From sequence record MW879344.1: a stretch of DNA of 64,000 nt. One strand, written 5' to 3'. Both the position numbers and the translations under genes were made by a program. The notes beneath the pieces are model-generated. The model saw only the letters and a list, made by a program, of their open reading frames with translations. It had not been told where the DNA came from and did no database searches. This document shows positions 63,708 to 64,000 of the stretch, one piece after another (the stretch's first letter is position 1; each line of letters starts with the position of its first letter).

Positions 63708-64000
63708 ATGAAAATAAATTTTACGAAAGAGCAGCTTTTGAAAGCATCTATTGGTATAACAAGAAAAGTTCATCTTTATAGGAATTTAGGTATTGCGAAT
63801 ACAAATAGTACAACATCTAATAAAATAAAACAACTGTGTTTAGATAATGGTATTGATATAGAACAAATAATACACGACAATTTGTATGAATATAAATCAT
63901 GTCCAGTGTGTGGAAATGAGTTTAAAGTTTCTAAACAATATGAAACACATAGTCCAAAAACCACTTGCTCACATTCTTGCTCTAATACCTACTTCAGAAG
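63708..64000 (+). CDS. probable HNH homing endonuclease, N-terminal part (runs off the window; absent from ORF track)
   Basis: open from ATG 63708 to window end; CPVCG...CSHSC finger like the 49494 HNH; same hairpin/late-word leader. Confidence 0.65.
   Translation, partial: MKINFTKEQLLKASIGITRKVHLYRNLGIANTNSTTSNKIKQLCLDNGIDIEQIIHDNLYEYKSCPVCGNEFKVSKQYETHSPKTTCSHSCSNTYFR

Noticed and set aside
868-63964. Minus-strand and nested alternative-frame ORFs in the track
   Set aside because: They are shadows of plus-strand genes or tRNAs, with no RBS or promoters and atypical composition. All promoters and terminators found point along the plus strand.
1-64000. Whole-genome TAG reassignment (code 15)
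   Set aside because: Nearly all genes are intact under the standard code, nadR ends in TAG, and only two clear in-frame TAGs (plus one weak one) were found.
1-64000. Prophage, IS or integron features
   Set aside because: No integrase, transposase, att sites or terminal inverted repeats were seen; the only mobile genes are free-standing HNH endonucleases.

Overview
AT-rich (roughly one-third GC by eye), almost entirely plus-strand segment of a large lytic phage genome. It resembles the enterobacterial jumbo myoviruses of the RaK2/GAP32/121Q type; this is inferred from gene content, T4-like late promoter words and the dispersed tRNA region, and no database was searched. No structural, replication or integrase genes are present. 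The window holds about 130 mostly small accessory genes. Recognisable ones are TelA, a DEDDh exonuclease, NADAR-like, ADP-ribosylglycohydrolase, NadR, PnuC, two ATP-grasp proteins, an AAA ATPase, a 5'-nucleotidase, two Pth2-like proteins, three HNH endonucleases, GNAT, two receiver-like proteins, a 2OG-Fe(II)-like protein, ClpP-like, Acb2 and an ART-like protein. There are also 20 tRNA genes that fold as cloverleaves (some with atypical positions) and three pseudo/tRNA-like elements. The main discoveries are non-coding. (1) A 15-member RNA family shares a covarying helix followed by ACAGCAA and occurs in three topologies: tRNAs with a 43-51 nt insert in the anticodon arm, circularly permuted tRNA-like RNAs (YrlA/Y-RNA-like), and mini-RNAs carrying only an anticodon stem-loop. 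(2) A phage-encoded mimic of the 23S rRNA GTPase-associated centre (L11 site) has compensatory changes and is split by a 182-nt insert. (3) An amber-suppressor tRNA(CUA) lies about 3 kb from two adjacent genes (Pth2-like and HD-domain), each with one in-frame TAG. (4) A non-sigma70 promoter class, TGAAAC-N17-TATAAT, precedes many of the RNA genes. (5) Several further orphan structured RNAs are present.
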